Assembly (NCBI GenBank): GCA_044892505.1
Contig: CM097883.1
Span: forward strand, 392,212,001 to 392,276,000
Direction of reading: 5' to 3'
From: Schmidtea nova
Lineage: Eukaryota
Length of the DNA stretch: 64,000 bases
The notes beneath the pieces are model-generated. The model searched no databases and had not been told where the DNA came from. It worked only from the letters and a program-made list of their open reading frames with translations. Positions within the stretch are counted from its first letter, which is position 1. Every line of letters starts with the position of its first letter. Shown piece after piece: positions 23,029 to 37,398 of the stretch. Both the position numbers and the translations under genes were made by a program.

Positions 23029-24101
23029 TGTTTGAGGAAAGAATGACCAATAAATAAGATTCTTTTGGAAAGTAAATTGAAAGTTTATGTAATACAGCCA
23101 TAAATGCGAAAGAAGAATGCAGTGAGAAATTCTGATAAGAAGCTCACCTGTTGATCGGTTCTCGTACCAATATGTTGGGTTATTAATGCGAAGTCGGTAA
23201 TTTCTGACTCCTGTGTTCTCTTTCAATCACGAAAATAAATGAAACCCAACACAATAACTTTATATTATTTTTCCAATGAACAATAACACTTTTATCACGA
23301 ATGTTACTAATGCTCTGCACTCTTCCGCGTGAGGGTAGAACACCCAATAGGATATCTCCCTCTCTGACACGCAAGAAGATTTAAATTCAATTTCTACCTT
23401 TGGTTTTCTGTACACGCTTCCTCCTAATGGCTTCTAGTTGTTTGACAAGTTCTGTTTATGCTTGAAATTTATCTTCGACCACTTTGGCGATATCGGCAAT
23501 TTGCTCTCCGTTTATATACTACTTTCTGTTGTCATCCTGTCGGCTTAATTGGATAATTAAGGATAATAATTTAATTGAAATAATTAAATTTGTTTGACCG
23601 CCGCCTAATTGAGTTTCGCCGCTAATGGTTTTTCGGCTCTTCCCGGGGCATTCAATTTATTAAATGATTTTGTTGATGCCCCGGGTTTCCCACATCGCTC
23701 GGGTTTCCCTTTATTTGACCGCCGCCTTATTGAGTTTCGCCGCTAATGGTTTTTCGGCTCTTCCCGGGGCATTTAATTTATTTCGATAATTAAATGATTT
23801 TGTTGATGCCCCGGGTTTCCCACATCGCTCGGATTTCCCATTAGACGATTAATTATTTTTAATTAATTTGTATTTTCTTAATTTATCTTTCTGGGGACCT
23901 TTTTATTTTTATATACCCATATTCGAATTCGTCTCGTCAATTGCCTTCCTCCCATACCAGTTTCCCCCGCTCAATCTTTATTTTGATTTTTTATAAATTT
24001 TAATTAATGTTTGCACATTAATTATTATTTTCCCAATTTTAGTATTTTTTTGATTTGTGCTATTAAATATTTATTTTCTGTAAATTTTGACAACCTCAAC
24101 A
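23029..24101 (-). mobile_element. Solo LTR (family 2) with an internal 121-bp tandem duplication
   Basis: Ends TGTTTGAGG...CCTCAACA; minus-strand TATA near 23515. Shares motifs (CATCGCTCGGGTTT, CTGGGGACC, CCAGTTTCCCC) with 59958-60736. Confidence 0.65.
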
Positions 24102-25522
24102 AATATGTAGTTACAAGAAGGTAACTATAGGTATTGGAATGAGATCGTTGTCAGAAATAAAGAAAGTATGAGTTCATTCTGACGTAGCCAAAGAAACAAT
24201 AAATTTAACATAATGTTTTATTAAACCTAAAATAAGTGTTTTCAAAATAAATTGTCAGAGAAATGAAATATCAGCTCATATATAATACTTACATAAAGTC
24301 TGGCAATCTAAAACAGCTTACTAGTATGATTCAGTTCTTCACTGCTTCCATTTTTAAAATATTTAAATAATTTGAAAAAATATAACTACTTTTTATTGAT
24401 GTGTGCAAACTTGCTGATGAAGTTGCTAGTAAATACAAAAATTTGTAAATTGTAAATTTATGTTTGTCAATGAATGTCTACAGTCATAAACGCTCCAGTT
24501 TATTAACAAATTTTTAGCAGTTTACATCGACAAAAAATTCTTTTGTTTGGAAAATTCTTTTTAATTTTAATGTTTGAAAATTATGAAGAAAATTGTAGCT
24601 TAGTGTAAATAATTGTGACAATTTCAATTTTGTGAGTTTTAAAATCAGAAAGAATAATTTTAAAAATATTTTTACTTGGCATTTTACATGGTTATTTAAA
24701 TTAAATGGATTGAGAAAAACTATATTTACCTGTGGTTATTCGTGGAATTAAAAATTAATTAATTTAACGCTTTGTATTTAGAAAGGTAATCACTGGTCAA
24801 CTGGTTGAAAAACTTAATGTAAAATTTTGTCAAAAAATGTATATACGAGTATGAATTATTCGTTTTACTGTTTCCTTTTTTCAACTGAAAATAAATTTTA
24901 AATTTTTCATTATGTTAAAATATATCTATAATTATTGCGTTGATAGAAGGAAACGTAAAAATAATATTCGAGTTCAAAGCGTTAAATTAATAAATGTATT
25001 GCAGCCAATTAAAATAAAATTTGAATTGTTGTATTCGTTTAATTAAGGAAAAAGCAGATAAAATTTAAACTGTTTTTAATATCAGACTTATGAATTTTGA
25101 AATTGTCTTTATAAAGTAAAAATTACTACGTAATGGTTGAAATTTATTTTTAATATATTTAATTTTTCTCAACTGACAATTATTATTTCTGTAATTACAT
25201 TAAATAGTGGGCTAATAAATTTTTGAAAAACATTATTTAAGAAACTTCAGAATAAATTATTGTTCAATATTCTGATTTCAACAAAACTCTGTATTGAACT
25301 ACCTTGAAATTTGCTTTTTAATGTTTAAATAAATTAAAATTAATCAAATTAGTCTCATTAATAATTCATATTGATTGATTAAATTAAATTGCGTCATTTT
25401 AAGTTCATAAAAACATTAAAAAATAAAGCACCATTAATTTATTATTTAACAATAATTATCATTTATGAAATAAAAGCAAAGCACAATATCACTATAAAAA
25501 TTTCTAGGAGTTCTTAAAACTC

Positions 25523-25853
25523 TTATGAACCACATTTGAAAATTTGAACAGCAGTGTTTCCACCGCAAACTAAATGACAGTATTTCGATTCTTCATAGGT
25601 GACGAATCTAGAATTTAAAGATTTATGAGTATCTATTCTCAATAGAAATTTAATAATAAACTTACGTCGTGAATTGTTTTCCAATTACTACGTGCCAATA
25701 TTGCTCAAATCTCGTATCTAACTCTTTCTTAATGTTTTCAGCTCGTTCTTTTGCTGACTCACAATCTTCAAAGACTTGCTTGACGATTTCCTTAATCTCG
25801 TGAGTTAACTCACTGTCCATTTTCGTTTCTTTAACTTCAATACCTTTGCTCAT
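25523..25853 (-). CDS. Dynein light chain (LC8/DYNLL family), divergent, 90 aa, 2 exons
   Basis: Exon 1 25853-25666, GTAAG..AG intron 25665-25608 (58 nt), exon 2 25607-25523. Protein ...NIKKELDTRFEQYWHVVIGKQFTTFVTYEESKYCHLVCGGNTAVQIFKCGS*. Confidence 0.9.
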
Positions 25854-27329
25854 CTTTAATTCACAGAATTGTAATAAAAATAATAATAATAGAAAATATC
25901 TGAATCAATGGTTTTATATTTCTCATTTGACGATGTGCTTGAAGCATTAATCTCTATGAATTTATTGACTGCGTGTGTGTATGCACGTGTGTATGCTTTC
26001 ATAGACAATCAGTTCAACTTGGCTCCGTGAGTGGGTGTGTCGTGATTCTGTAAATCGTTGAGATTATTTATTTGTTGTGTTGATTGTGTTCAACAAATAC
26101 AATTTTATTGATCTGGTCGCATAATAATGACTTTGAAAATTTTTTACTTTTTGTTGCTTAGTACACTTTTCATTTGTTAACTGAAAATCATAACAATGAA
26201 ATAAAATTTTATTATTGCTGACATTATGAATAATAATTTCAAATAATTCATTTAAAATTTATTTATTTGCTGCAAATAAGTGTCTAATAATGATTTCTTA
26301 TTAACTACCCCAAAACATTTTTCTAACTTTCTGGGCTATTTAAAATAAAGTTTTTACACCCCTAAAGGTAAAAATTCGAAAAAAAATAAATTATTTTTAT
26401 TGAATGTTTACAATTTTAAAAGGTAGACATTTTAAAATCAATAATTAATTCTGTAGATTGCATGACTGGATTTATTGGAAGGGGATTAGAATTGTTTGGA
26501 TAATCGCCGTACAATCGCACTGGACCTCCTATTTTTGAGGGCCCCGAAATATTAAATAAATTAGAATAACTTCTCCAATAGCAACAAAAATACCAGGAAT
26601 TGAAAGAAAAAAACAAATATGAAAATTCAAATTAATCTAGTTGGCTATGATTTAATTTGAAACAAATATACCTAATAATTCAGTTGTTTTTTTTTGCTTC
26701 GAATTGTTTTCCTCAATTTTTTATAGCGTTTTATTATTGATATTACTATAATTTCAAAGTTATCAACAAAAATACGTTTTATTTTAATTGTTGTGGACAA
26801 ATAGTGAATTTTCGCAAATTATAAAATACGGTATTATTAATAGTTTAAATTTTGTGTGTCTGCCGTTAAAATTATCCACGGTCTACAATATCACAGGAAA
26901 GACTTTCTGGATTAGCAATACTGTCGATTGAAAATTCAACAGTCAGAACAATTGATTACAATGATTTAATAGTCAATTTTTTCAGAAAAAGAGCTAGAAA
27001 AATTGCTTTTTAATTTTTTAAATTAAAATCAAAAAAAATTACTTCAATACAATTTTTAAAAAATTAGTGTCTGCACGTAGCCCCCAAAAGTTACAGCACG
27101 GCACTGATTCGGATAAAAGTATTTATAAATGAAATGCGGAAGGTGATTATAAAAATTTATTTAATGAAGAAAATTCAATTTTTATTACTTTGAAAAGTTT
27201 TTTAATCAATTCGGTCGGGGATGCAGTAATTTAACGAAGTCAGTCCATTCGAAAATTTGCCATATCCCATTATATTGTTTTATTCAAATTCACTTAAAAA
27301 TATATAATTTGCATTGTAATTGTTAAACA

Positions 27330-27820
27330 ATTGTTTACTGCAAGTCGAAATGGTTTCAACGGTGCTCTTAGGTTTTGTGACTTGACTTGCTTATCATTTA
27401 CTTGCTTATTCATTGACTGATGTTTTTGATCTCTTTCTTTTCATGAGGAACACTGCGAAAACTTTTAACTTTTTTCTAGCACTTTCTAAATTAAGTTCTT
27501 TTTCTGACTAATTCATTGAAATTTCTGATTTTGACATAACATAATCCCTTCCCGATCTCACTGTTAACTCCTTAAAGAAATTGATTCTGCAACAGTTCTG
27601 TACTTTGTTTCTTTTCTTCCATTTGATTAGTTTTCAGCTTAAAAGCTTTATTTGTCAAAAATAATAAATATTAAGCAAACACATTAATCGATTCATCGTT
27701 CTTTTAAACTATTTCATAGAACTTTCTAAGCATAATTCGTTTTGTCTCCAACAACTTGTTTGCTTTGTTATTCAATTTTTCCCACTGCTCTTTTATTTGT
27801 TTACTAACATACTACTCTTG
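27330..27820 (-). pseudogene. Decayed retrotransposon gag remnant
   Basis: EQWEKL...V*KNDESINVFA*YL..LTNKAF...LLQNQFL*GVNSEI follows the gag QxxxESIxxF...QFLxG pattern; many stops. Confidence 0.5.
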
Positions 27821-29111
27821 TGATGCTCATTTCTAATATCATGATAATCTCGATGGCGGATCCAGAGGGACGGTAATGGTGATCACCTCCCCATCCGACC
27901 TAGCTTTTATTCTAGATAGTTTCAGTTTGGTAATTTTTTACTGCATTGCATTTAATTTCTCCTGAATTACTTCAATTACTTACTTTTTTGTAATGAAAAA
28001 AACATGTCATAACAATTTTGTTTTAGATTATATTATAGCAATTAAGAAATATAATTCAAAATATTTCTTCATTTAATATATTTCAACATCAAAACTTAAA
28101 TCTAAAATCCATGTGTAATTTCAAAATTCAGAATTTTGACTGAAATTTACATTGAAATTAACTTAAAACTTATATAAACTATAAACATATTTTATTTGTC
28201 TTTGCAAAACTATCTTCGACCAACTGGCAAGAATGCTAAATTCGTCTCTGTTTTTATAGTTTTTTGTTTGTTGGGTTATTGGTGAAATTTAAAAATTACA
28301 ATTCAAATTTCTGACTCCAAATGCGTGTTTTATTAATCAATAGAATAACAATTACAACAGGAATCTTTATTGGTATCACAACTAATTTCACAATTACACT
28401 GGAACACTCAATCAATAATCTGAGACTGTTATACAGTGCTTATTACGACACTTATGTGAAGAATAGCACTATTGTATAATCTCCGTTTAACGATTACCAA
28501 TTACTGATTTAGATTTAATAATGGGTAACCAATTATTTGTTTTCTTTGCTTTGACTTGAAATTCGGCTCAAAAAACTATTATTTGATAAATTTGTTTTAA
28601 TTTACAACAACTATAAACCAAAATGAAACTTATCATCATAATATTATTATTGCGTGTCAAAACCACAGAAGAAGAAGCTTTGACAGCTTGCCAATCGACG
28701 TGCCCATTTTGAAGAGAAGGCAGTACTTGCGCGAATTACAAAGATATATGTGGTAGATTTAACAATGAATGTAATCAATATCGAATGCAACGTGAACAGT
28801 GCCCTTCAAAACACGATTTGTCAAAAAGTCAAATCGAAACAATAATTAAAAATATCTATGAAAGAGTGGTGTCAAAATCAAACAATTATTAAAAAACAGT
28901 ATGAACATCTCAAATGTCAAAATCAAACAACCAAAATCGAAGACCATACTTCAACATTAGTATTACTCAATATCAATTTATTCATCCTAATCATGATTTT
29001 ACTAATAACAACTTCAGCATGGCTTGAGAAAATGTCTAATATTCCTACGACCAAAATTTTTATAAATGTGACCAGCTTTATTAATAAATCTATTTTTTAT
29101 TTCGTCTTTTC

Positions 29112-29176
<65 letters not shown>
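29112..29176. repeat. (AAT)n microsatellite
   Basis: Perfect trinucleotide run. Degenerate AAT-rich tracts also at about 60880-61460, 62330-62820 and 63860-64000; (CT)n at about 31886-31941. Confidence 0.97.
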
Positions 29177-29178
<2 letters not shown>

Positions 29179-29190
29179 GATAATAATAAG

Positions 29191-29790
29191 GGATGATTGA
29201 CGCTTTTACTAAGGAAAAAAGGAATCCGTGCTATTGCTAGAGAATTAGGCCGTGACCATCGTGTTATTCATAATTATTTAAGGACCCTCTTGGATATGGA
29301 ACCAAAAAGAGCTCTGGGCGAAAGAGAAAGCTGTCTGAAAGAGCAGAGTGAGCTGTCGCACTAGAGACTACCAATATAACTAAGAGTTGTAAACGCATTG
29401 CCCATGATCTTGACTTAAATGTGAGAAAGCACTATTTGGTGTTCATTATCACGCAATCCAAATATCAAAAGACAAACTATGAACAGTATTCTACGGCTTT
29501 TTTCCACTTCACAAAGCAACGCAGATGGAATTTGGCCGTAACAACATGAACACTGACTGGACAAAAGTGAGCACTTTTCTCAGATTTTTCTTACCACATA
29601 CATGTATGTTTAAAATGAATTCTTTTTTTTATTTTTGTATTCTAGTTGTTATTTTCTGACGAAAAAAGATTCTATTTGGACCGACCGGATGGTGGATGTT
29701 GTTACTGGCGTGATTTGAGAGGCAAATCACGCTTTATCTCCAAAAGGAACTTTGGCAGTGGATCGGTGAGGGGGGGGGGGTTTCAGCAAA
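29191..29790 (+). mobile_element. Tc3-like transposase, truncated copy with a 79-nt intron (29567-29645)
   Basis: Homologous to 39455-40533. Splicing gives TDWTK|LLFSDEKRFYLDRPDGGCCYWRDLR...KRNFGSGSV. Confidence 0.9.
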
Positions 29791-29989
29791 CAAATATCAT
29801 AGAAATAATTCATAATAGAAATAATTCATGATCCGCAGTTAATGTGATATGAAATTGAGTTTTAGAGCGAGTTTTTAAGTCAGATCTGACTACATGAAGC
29901 ATTTTACAAGTCTCTATTGAAGATTTATTGATTATAAGTCTCAATCTTGGTGATAGTAACAGTAAATAACGAAAATATTGGATATGTAA

Positions 29990-30358
29990 CCGTGATGAAG
30001 GAAATGAACATCGGTGAATTGTCAACTTTATTGTTAAATCTTCAACCTGCGGTGCTCAGTTTGCTCGACCCAGGCTATGCATCCGATAAGTTCGAGCATT
30101 CGTATGTTGATTTATGTTATGTAGGAAAATTATTTTACTTTTTGTCCTTGAATACAATACTGAATTTTAAATAAAATACTATATGATTCGGAACATAATA
30201 TTATTTCGAAAAATCTTGTCCTTGGCCAGGACACCGTTCTCATACGTCCACGTATTGGGAACGAGTAACTTGTGAGGCATTGTTGATTAGATATTTAAAT
30301 CCAAAATTAAATGATCAAGTTGCTCGTTCCACGGATATTTTGAATGTGTTTAAGTAAC
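29990..30358 (+). mobile_element. Penelope-like GIY-YIG endonuclease C-terminal remnant
   Basis: ...TCGAQ...(F)EH... and ERVTCEALLIRYLNPKLNDQV...LNVFK*, the EALxI..P.LN.Q pattern. Confidence 0.65.
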
Positions 30359-30506
30359 TGAATGTTGAATGTTGCGAATTGTGTCTGTAGTATAATTATG
30401 TTTGTTTTTTGTGAACATTTTAATTTTTTTTAATTAGTAAATTTTGTGTTGAATGTTAAAATTTTATCAAATTAAATTTTATTTTTTAAAATAATATGTT
30501 GTTCTA

Positions 30507-31422
30507 TGTAAAATGTTGTTTGTTTTTTAATTAATTTTTAAAATTTTATGTAATAAAATAAAATAAAATAAAATTTTGATATAATATGGAGATGATTAAT
30601 ATTATAAATAATTGGGAAAATTTGGAGGGAAATCGATAGATGATTGAGCTAGCATTTTGGAACTAAAGGAAGAAAACGGAAAGACAAAAAATTTAAAATG
30701 AGTAAAGAGTAACTAAATAAAAGAAATTAATCAATAAAACAGAGAATAGTAACTTATAATTAATAAGTGCAAGAAAAAAACATGGAATTCCTGAATTGGG
30801 AAAAAAAACAAAACAAAACCGGTATCTTGACAGATGTCAAAGATAACATGGGAACTGAAAAAACATGGGGAAATGCCAGGGGAAAAAAGAAAAAAAGTAA
30901 ATTGTCCCGAGCGCCAAATGGCTATGGGCAATACGGAAGGACTGGAGGGAAAAAGTAAATGACCACGAGTGCCGAAGAATGGCAAACTATAAAAAGGGAG
31001 AGACGACTGTTTTAAACAGAAGTTTGCCGAGAAGTTTTGAAAAAGAAAATTTATGAAGTTTTAGGAAAAGTATTTGAAAAACAATTTGTAACAGAAGTTT
31101 TGTGGAGAAATATGCGGAGAAAAATTGATCGACAAAGTCTATTGTAAAATTGATTATTAAAAATTATTGGAAGTTGATTTTTGAAAAATTTGTTGAAAAG
31201 TGTGTAAGCCGAATTTCAAGTCAAAGCGAAGTAAACAAATAGTTGGATACCCATTATTAAATATAAACCAGTAGTTTGTGATCGTTAGAAAGAAATTATA
31301 CACGATTGTAATAAGCACTGTATAATTGTAGCTGTTATTCTATTGATTAATAAAGCACGCCTTTGGAGTCAGAAATTTGATTAGTAATTTTACAACTCCA
31401 CCAACAACCCAATAACCCAACA
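30507..31422 (+). mobile_element. Solo LTR (family 1), A/G-rich
   Basis: Clear homology to about 56190-57110; ends ...AATAACCCAACA; AATAAA near 31350. The 5' boundary is approximate (30507 or 30549). Confidence 0.8.
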
Positions 31423-31882
31423 ATTCAAATTAAAAGTGCGTTTATTGTTTATAATCAGAGATTTTTTTAAATGGAGAAAATACTTGACCACAAGATTTAT
31501 TAGACTACATAAAATATGGTATACAACAAAATAAAAAAAGGAAAATTTTATAATAAAATTTTATAATAAAAGTAACAGGTAATAATATAAGAATTTAACA
31601 AATGAAAAACAAAATACCTGACATGGAACTAACGGGTGAATGATCCGACATTCCATACATACTAAAGAATGTATCATTGCATTTCGATAAATTGAATTCC
31701 ACGATTTATAGCCTTAGTTTCAGCGTCCGGTTACCTCGTTTTTTGTCGATGTCTGTCAAAGTATTATTTCTAGAGATGTCGGTTTTTCAAATGATTCGGA
31801 ACTTTTTATCGTTTTCGAAAACCTATTCTCTAGAAAAATTACAAAAAATATCTGAGTATGTGAACGAAACGTAAAATCTGTG

Positions 31883-31945
<63 letters not shown>

Positions 31946-34900
31946 TTCTTTATCCAAAATAATCCGAAAATTCTGAAAAAATTCATAAATTGTGAATTTT
32001 TCGATTTTATTAAAAATTAATTAATAATTTTAGGTATAATTTTATAAGAATTTTAAATAAATTTATTTTATTATAAAATCTTTATCCTAAACCAAAGTTT
32101 TTGTTCATTTATCAAAATTAATAAATTTAAATTTAAATCATTTTTCGTTAGTATTTTAATATTTATCCTTACAAAAAATCGAAAGATTTGCATAGAAAAC
32201 ATGTAAACTTTTCCTAATTTGATATTAAATTCTGTAATTAGTGTTTTTACGTTATGTTTGTATTTTTTAACGTTTTTACTTGGTACGCTTTTGTTCATTT
32301 TATTTTTTAAAGTATTTAATTTAAATTTTTGATGTGTTTTGTCATTAATTTGTTAACTTGGTGATTCTCATTACAAATTTTAAATTCACTTTTTGCGCGG
32401 TCTTTACATGCTATATTACCGCTTTCATTAAACAATTAATTTGTTGCATTTAGTTTTTGCCCAATACAGCGCTCAGGTTTTGCGACTATACTCTCATTGT
32501 GCTACAATGTCAACGTTGCTTCGTGACGGGTAGCCAGTGGTATTTCAATTGTATATTGTTACTAGTGAAACTCCATGACGTAGTTACACCAACTAGTAAC
32601 TCATTAGATTTACCCAATTCTTTAACACATGAATAAACTACAATTTTTATTGAATTTAGAATGTTGTGTCCATGTGTACCTGAGACTTAGATTTAATTTC
32701 TTGACGATATTCCTGCGACAGGGCTTGATGGTAACTGTGGTATTAGCAACCTACACATTTATGACCTAAACTTCAACAATTTAAGTCAATAATCGACTGG
32801 CAATGTCATTAGACCAGTAAATCCCTCACTTGTCATATTTTGACGAACTTAACGCATAAAATATTTAAGACATAATGGATTAAGAAAATAAAATTTACAT
32901 TATTTATATATACTATCATAAGGTTTTATTTTTTATGCAATGCAATTAATAAATTAGAATGAAAATTTTGATTATACATTTAATTTAATTTCACTTCAAT
33001 AATATTATATAACTCTAAATATTCAACAATGACTTAATAAAATTTATGGAAACTTGTTTTAATTTGAAAATGCTGAATTTTTAATATAATATAACATGGC
33101 CATTTGTTAAATTTACAAAACATCAATGGTTAACACTTAATTAATTTTCATTATAGCAACAAAAACGTAATAAATCTGATATGGTTTTGAATTAAATCTT
33201 TGAGGTTAGTGATTCAATATTTACGTATTATTTCTACCAAAATTTAGAAATTTATTACAATTTAAAGTTTAAATGCAATCGAAATAGACATGATGTATAA
33301 AGACATTCATTTATTTATAAAATCTCCTTATCATTCATTTGATTAACGTTTTGCACTCGGGGAATATTTTCACATTTTCTTCCACCAACTAGATAATTAT
33401 AAATTTATGAAAAATTTAGATTTTCTTTTTAGTTGAATCGAGATAAATATCAAAATGTATAATTTTTATTCATACAAAAAGTCAATCAGAATAAATTTTC
33501 GTATGTGGAACTGGCATTCCAAATGTAAAGCATTCATAAAAATTCTGAATTAATAAATATGAATTTTCAGAATTATTCCTACAACGTTTGTTACCATAGC
33601 CTAAGCCAAGGATTGACAAATAATTAGTCTTAAAGAGAAAAAATATGAGTAGCATAACTAATTAAAATGAGGGTAATAAACATGTTGGAGAAAATAAAAT
33701 TATTTAAAATAACAAATGATAATACTAAATATTAACCGTCTCTAAATTGTCCATTTTCGATCTATTCTTTTCAATTTCAGATATTTTCATTTTTTAAGAC
33801 AATGGATCAAAATTTGTGTATTAATAAAAACACTAGCTGTATTTTTATTTCCAAATTATTGAAGAGCTTCTTGCGTAAGTTGTATTATGAAAATTTGTCA
33901 TTTATTAGTTAATTTGAAATGAAAAACTGCCTAGCACCTAGACTTGATTTAAATTGCCCCTTTAAAATAAAAATTATAAAATAAATCGATATTTTCTTGC
34001 ATTTTTTGCATTTATGTTAGTTAATAAACTTGCTGAATGATTAGCCCTTTGAACCATGAGGGGATCATTGTTCAAGCTAAATCAGGCCAGTTTATCGGTC
34101 TATAGGTTTTAAAGGGTTAAGCATCATAAAATTTTTTTATGATGATACTGATACTTAGAAATTTGATAACTGAGAATTTCATTTTTAAACTAATTTTGGC
34201 ATCGTGCATAAATATACTGTTTCATTGCTTCAAATTATGATAAAAACATATGATGTCAAATATATGGCGCTAAAATATGCATGCAACCATAGTGTCAATA
34301 TCGATAATTTTACTTTAATTACACCTTGTTAACGTAGAACAATATTTACTTCATGAAATTTTTCATAATACGTCTAATTCTTCTATTACACGGTTGATAC
34401 ATTCCAGGAAAACTAAAAAAGATTACTTGTAAAACCAGTTATTGATTCTAATTATTTGAAACCCGTAAAAGGATTCGTCAAAAGTAATAAAAATACTCAA
34501 AAACCAAACTTAATTTTCATGTTTATCATTTTATAAATAAAACAAAAAAATTTCAAATGACGAAATTGGTTATTAGAAAATAATTAAATTAGATAATATC
34601 AAATTCAGAAAATCGAGAATTGATAAAAAGTAACATAAGCTTATTCTCTGTAATTATATATTATCATAATGAAGTTATTGAATTTAACTTGTATTTGAAA
34701 TTTTAAAGAGATTTTTTAATCGTGGTAAATAAAAAAAATAGTGTAAAAACGAAATGGATTTTATTTTTCAAACTTTTAAATCGAAATCACGTAAAAATAT
34801 AGTTAAGTATATTAAAATTTTGGCTGCGTATAGGCATTTCACTCAATTTTTAATTTAATTTATAATAAAATACTCGAGTTTTCTTCCTCAAATAAATTAA

Positions 34901-35088
34901 ACAGAAAATTAAATAATCTCAAAAATAACAAATCTGTTCTTAAATTAATTTTTCATTAAAATTAAAATATATTTTTCTATATTTCTAAACATTTCTGAAG
35001 AATTTTGATTGCTCCATATTATTTTAAACGATATAACAATTTTACTGTAGAACTGCCTGACTGTGTCTAAATTATACAGGAATGGTAA

Positions 35089-35233
35089 TGGTTGCGCCCG
35101 CTTAATAAAATATTTAAAAAATAATTAAATAAAAATTAAATAGTTAAAGGCGGGGCTTGATTGGTGTCAGAAGTTGTGGGGTGAGCCTGGAAGCCGTTAG
35201 ACGGTCTTATCGAAATCCATATAAATCTTATAT
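35089..35233 (+). ncRNA. Spliced-leader cassette copy 3 (SL exon 35193-35233), no SL intron
   Basis: GCCGTTAGACGGTCTTATCGAAATCCATATAAATCTTATAT has 1 mismatch to the recalled SL over 41 nt, with the same upstream block. Confidence 0.85.
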
Positions 35234-35242
35234 TAAATATGT

Positions 35243-35455
35243 GTCTACTTGGTACCTGTAGTTGGCATTGGATATTATCTTTACAAACATCACTTTGGTG
35301 TACCTAAATATGATGAGCAAGACAATTTATCCGAGAAACAATTAGCAGTAAATGCTGTCGGCCCTTATTTATTAACATTGACAGTTTTGTTTGGGTGTAT
35401 AATTTTTGTTTCGCTTTGTAAACATTTGGAGTTGTGTTGGACTGAATTTTCGTGA
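35243..35455 (+). pseudogene. Fragment of a membrane protein immediately downstream of the SL exon
   Basis: VYLVPVVGIGYYLYKHHFGVPKYDEQ...PYLLTLTVLFGCIIFVSLCK contains two hydrophobic segments. Family not recognised. Confidence 0.4.
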
Positions 35456-36183
35456 TTTCGGTTTTGTGACTTCGATTCATTTTTTAAATAATAAATCATT
35501 TGGAATTTACCAACTTTCTCGGTATGGATGTGTGGGAAATCGACAAATTCAACTTAGGGGGATTTGAATCATTTGGTTAGCGCTGCATCTTTGGAATTCC
35601 TTGGTCAATTGGACAGCCAACGGTGGGCTGGTTCAACCAGGTAACTCCACAGTCCTTAAATATGTTTGGCTTCTAATTTAAATTTTGATATCACAATAAC
35701 TCATAACCATTAAAAATTTTTCCATAAATAAATTTTTCCATATTTTTTCAATATAAATCAGAATAGTAATTTCTATAATGTTTTATTGCAAGACTCAACC
35801 AAAAATGATACTTAACGATGTTATTAATTTATTAAAACAATGTTGCCTTTATAAAATCAATAATTAGTGGTTTTAAATTCATTTAAACAAATCTTTCACA
35901 TGGTAATATTTTTGCTTAGATTATTGTTTGCAAAATTATACAGATCACTATTTGTTAGTGCATTGCTTTTTATTATAACGATTTCAAGGAAGGTAGAAGC
36001 AATCTGCTTTAATATAGTGAAATCTATGAATTACTGAGAAAATAGAATAGTGGTCATCTAATTTTCCTCATTCATTAATGTTTATAAATTTTTATCCTTC
36101 ACATTGTTATTTTAAGGAGGCCATTTAATTTGGTCATTTAACACAATTATTTTCAGGTAATTTAAATGCTACAATCCAAAACG

Positions 36184-36215
<32 letters not shown>

Positions 36216-36679
36216 TTAAGTCTTCATTAATAACAAAATTCCAATTTCTTAATTAGTCTCTATTAACCCGTTGCCGCACACTTATTTTTACAAGATCATG
36301 CCTAGAAACACACTTTTTTTAAACTTTTATTTAAGTCGCTATAGGAAATTAAACACAAGTAACATATTTGAAATTGAAAATTATTACATATATCCACAGT
36401 TTTTCTAGGAAAACTCTCGACGGCTATAACCGTAATTTACTTATCAGAACATTTTTCTGTATGTAGAACAAATGACGGCTAAAGCCGTTGCGACAGAGGT
36501 AACTTAAACTTTCTTGATGGATACAAAAATTGTTTTTATAACCAACCGTCAGATTTTAAATCAGTTTTTAAAATGATTTGGCAATTGACTTTGTCAAGAA
36601 TTTGAACGACGGAGCTTTAAGAAACCTATCGCAATTCGCCTTCAAAGAAATATTCATAACCAAATTTGACACAATGTCT

Positions 36680-37290
36680 TCCAGATAAATCCATTTTAAT
36701 AAACTACCAAATTCCAGAATTAAACATCTCAAAATCCTTCATATTTCAAAAATGAATTCAACTTAAAATCACCTCAATAACGAAAGAATCAATTTCGAAA
36801 AATCCCCAATACCAAAAAATCAATTTATTCAGCAAATTTCGAAAATCCAGCAATTCCAATTTCCAAATTGGAACGAATAAACAAAAAAAACCAGAAATCA
36901 AATAATCACAAATTCGAAATTCCCCACAATTCCAATTAAATCTCCAACAAAGAACCAATTAGAGCCCAATTAAAAAATCCCAAAATTTCAATTAAAAATT
37001 GGAATTTTAAAACAACTGATTTCCAGATAAATTCGATAATTAAAAATCAATTTTGCATTTACAATTCCTCCAGGAATACCTTGCGCACACAGACGCTGAC
37101 AAGAAAATTTATATTAAAGAAAATATGCGTACACAGACGCGATAATGATGAAAAGTAGAAAAACGCACACGAGTGACAAATAAGAAACAGCTCTGCGCAT
37201 ATAGACGCGAGAGCTCACCAAAATCACTAAAAGCGCACACGGACGCGAATAAATAGCCAAAGCTTGCTATAAAGTTTGCTATAAGTAAAT
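36680..37290 (-). repeat. GCGTCTGTGTGCGC-motif repeat family, copy B
   Basis: Four GCGCACACAGACGC-like motifs at 37084-37246, an AGCCAAAG..TTGC 5' signature, and a C/A-rich tract on the + strand. Confidence 0.7.
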
Positions 37291-37398
37291 TATTATTTTA
37301 TTCATTATAAAATAGTAGCATATAACTATTTATAACATAATACAAAAGCCAATATTTAATATAATAAAATCCGTAGTTCTTATTTTATAAAATTTCAT

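Noticed and set aside
28858-29196. 112-aa ORF with poly-Ile resembling a TM segment
   Set aside because: The poly-Ile is the (AAT)n microsatellite, and the N-terminal part is a degenerate TGTCAAAA(T)CA repeat.
30731-30985. ORFs in 30731-30985 and 56349-56866
   Set aside because: Chance frames in A/G-skewed LTR sequence; not conserved in frame between the two LTR copies.
35162-35174. TGGTGTCAGAAGT in SL cassette 3, identical to the start of the tRNA-Leu PBS at 10082
   Set aside because: The other cassette copies read TGGTGTGAGA(G/A)AT, so the match is probably drift. It is not treated as a PBS, but should be revisited if the upstream block proves to be LTR-derived.
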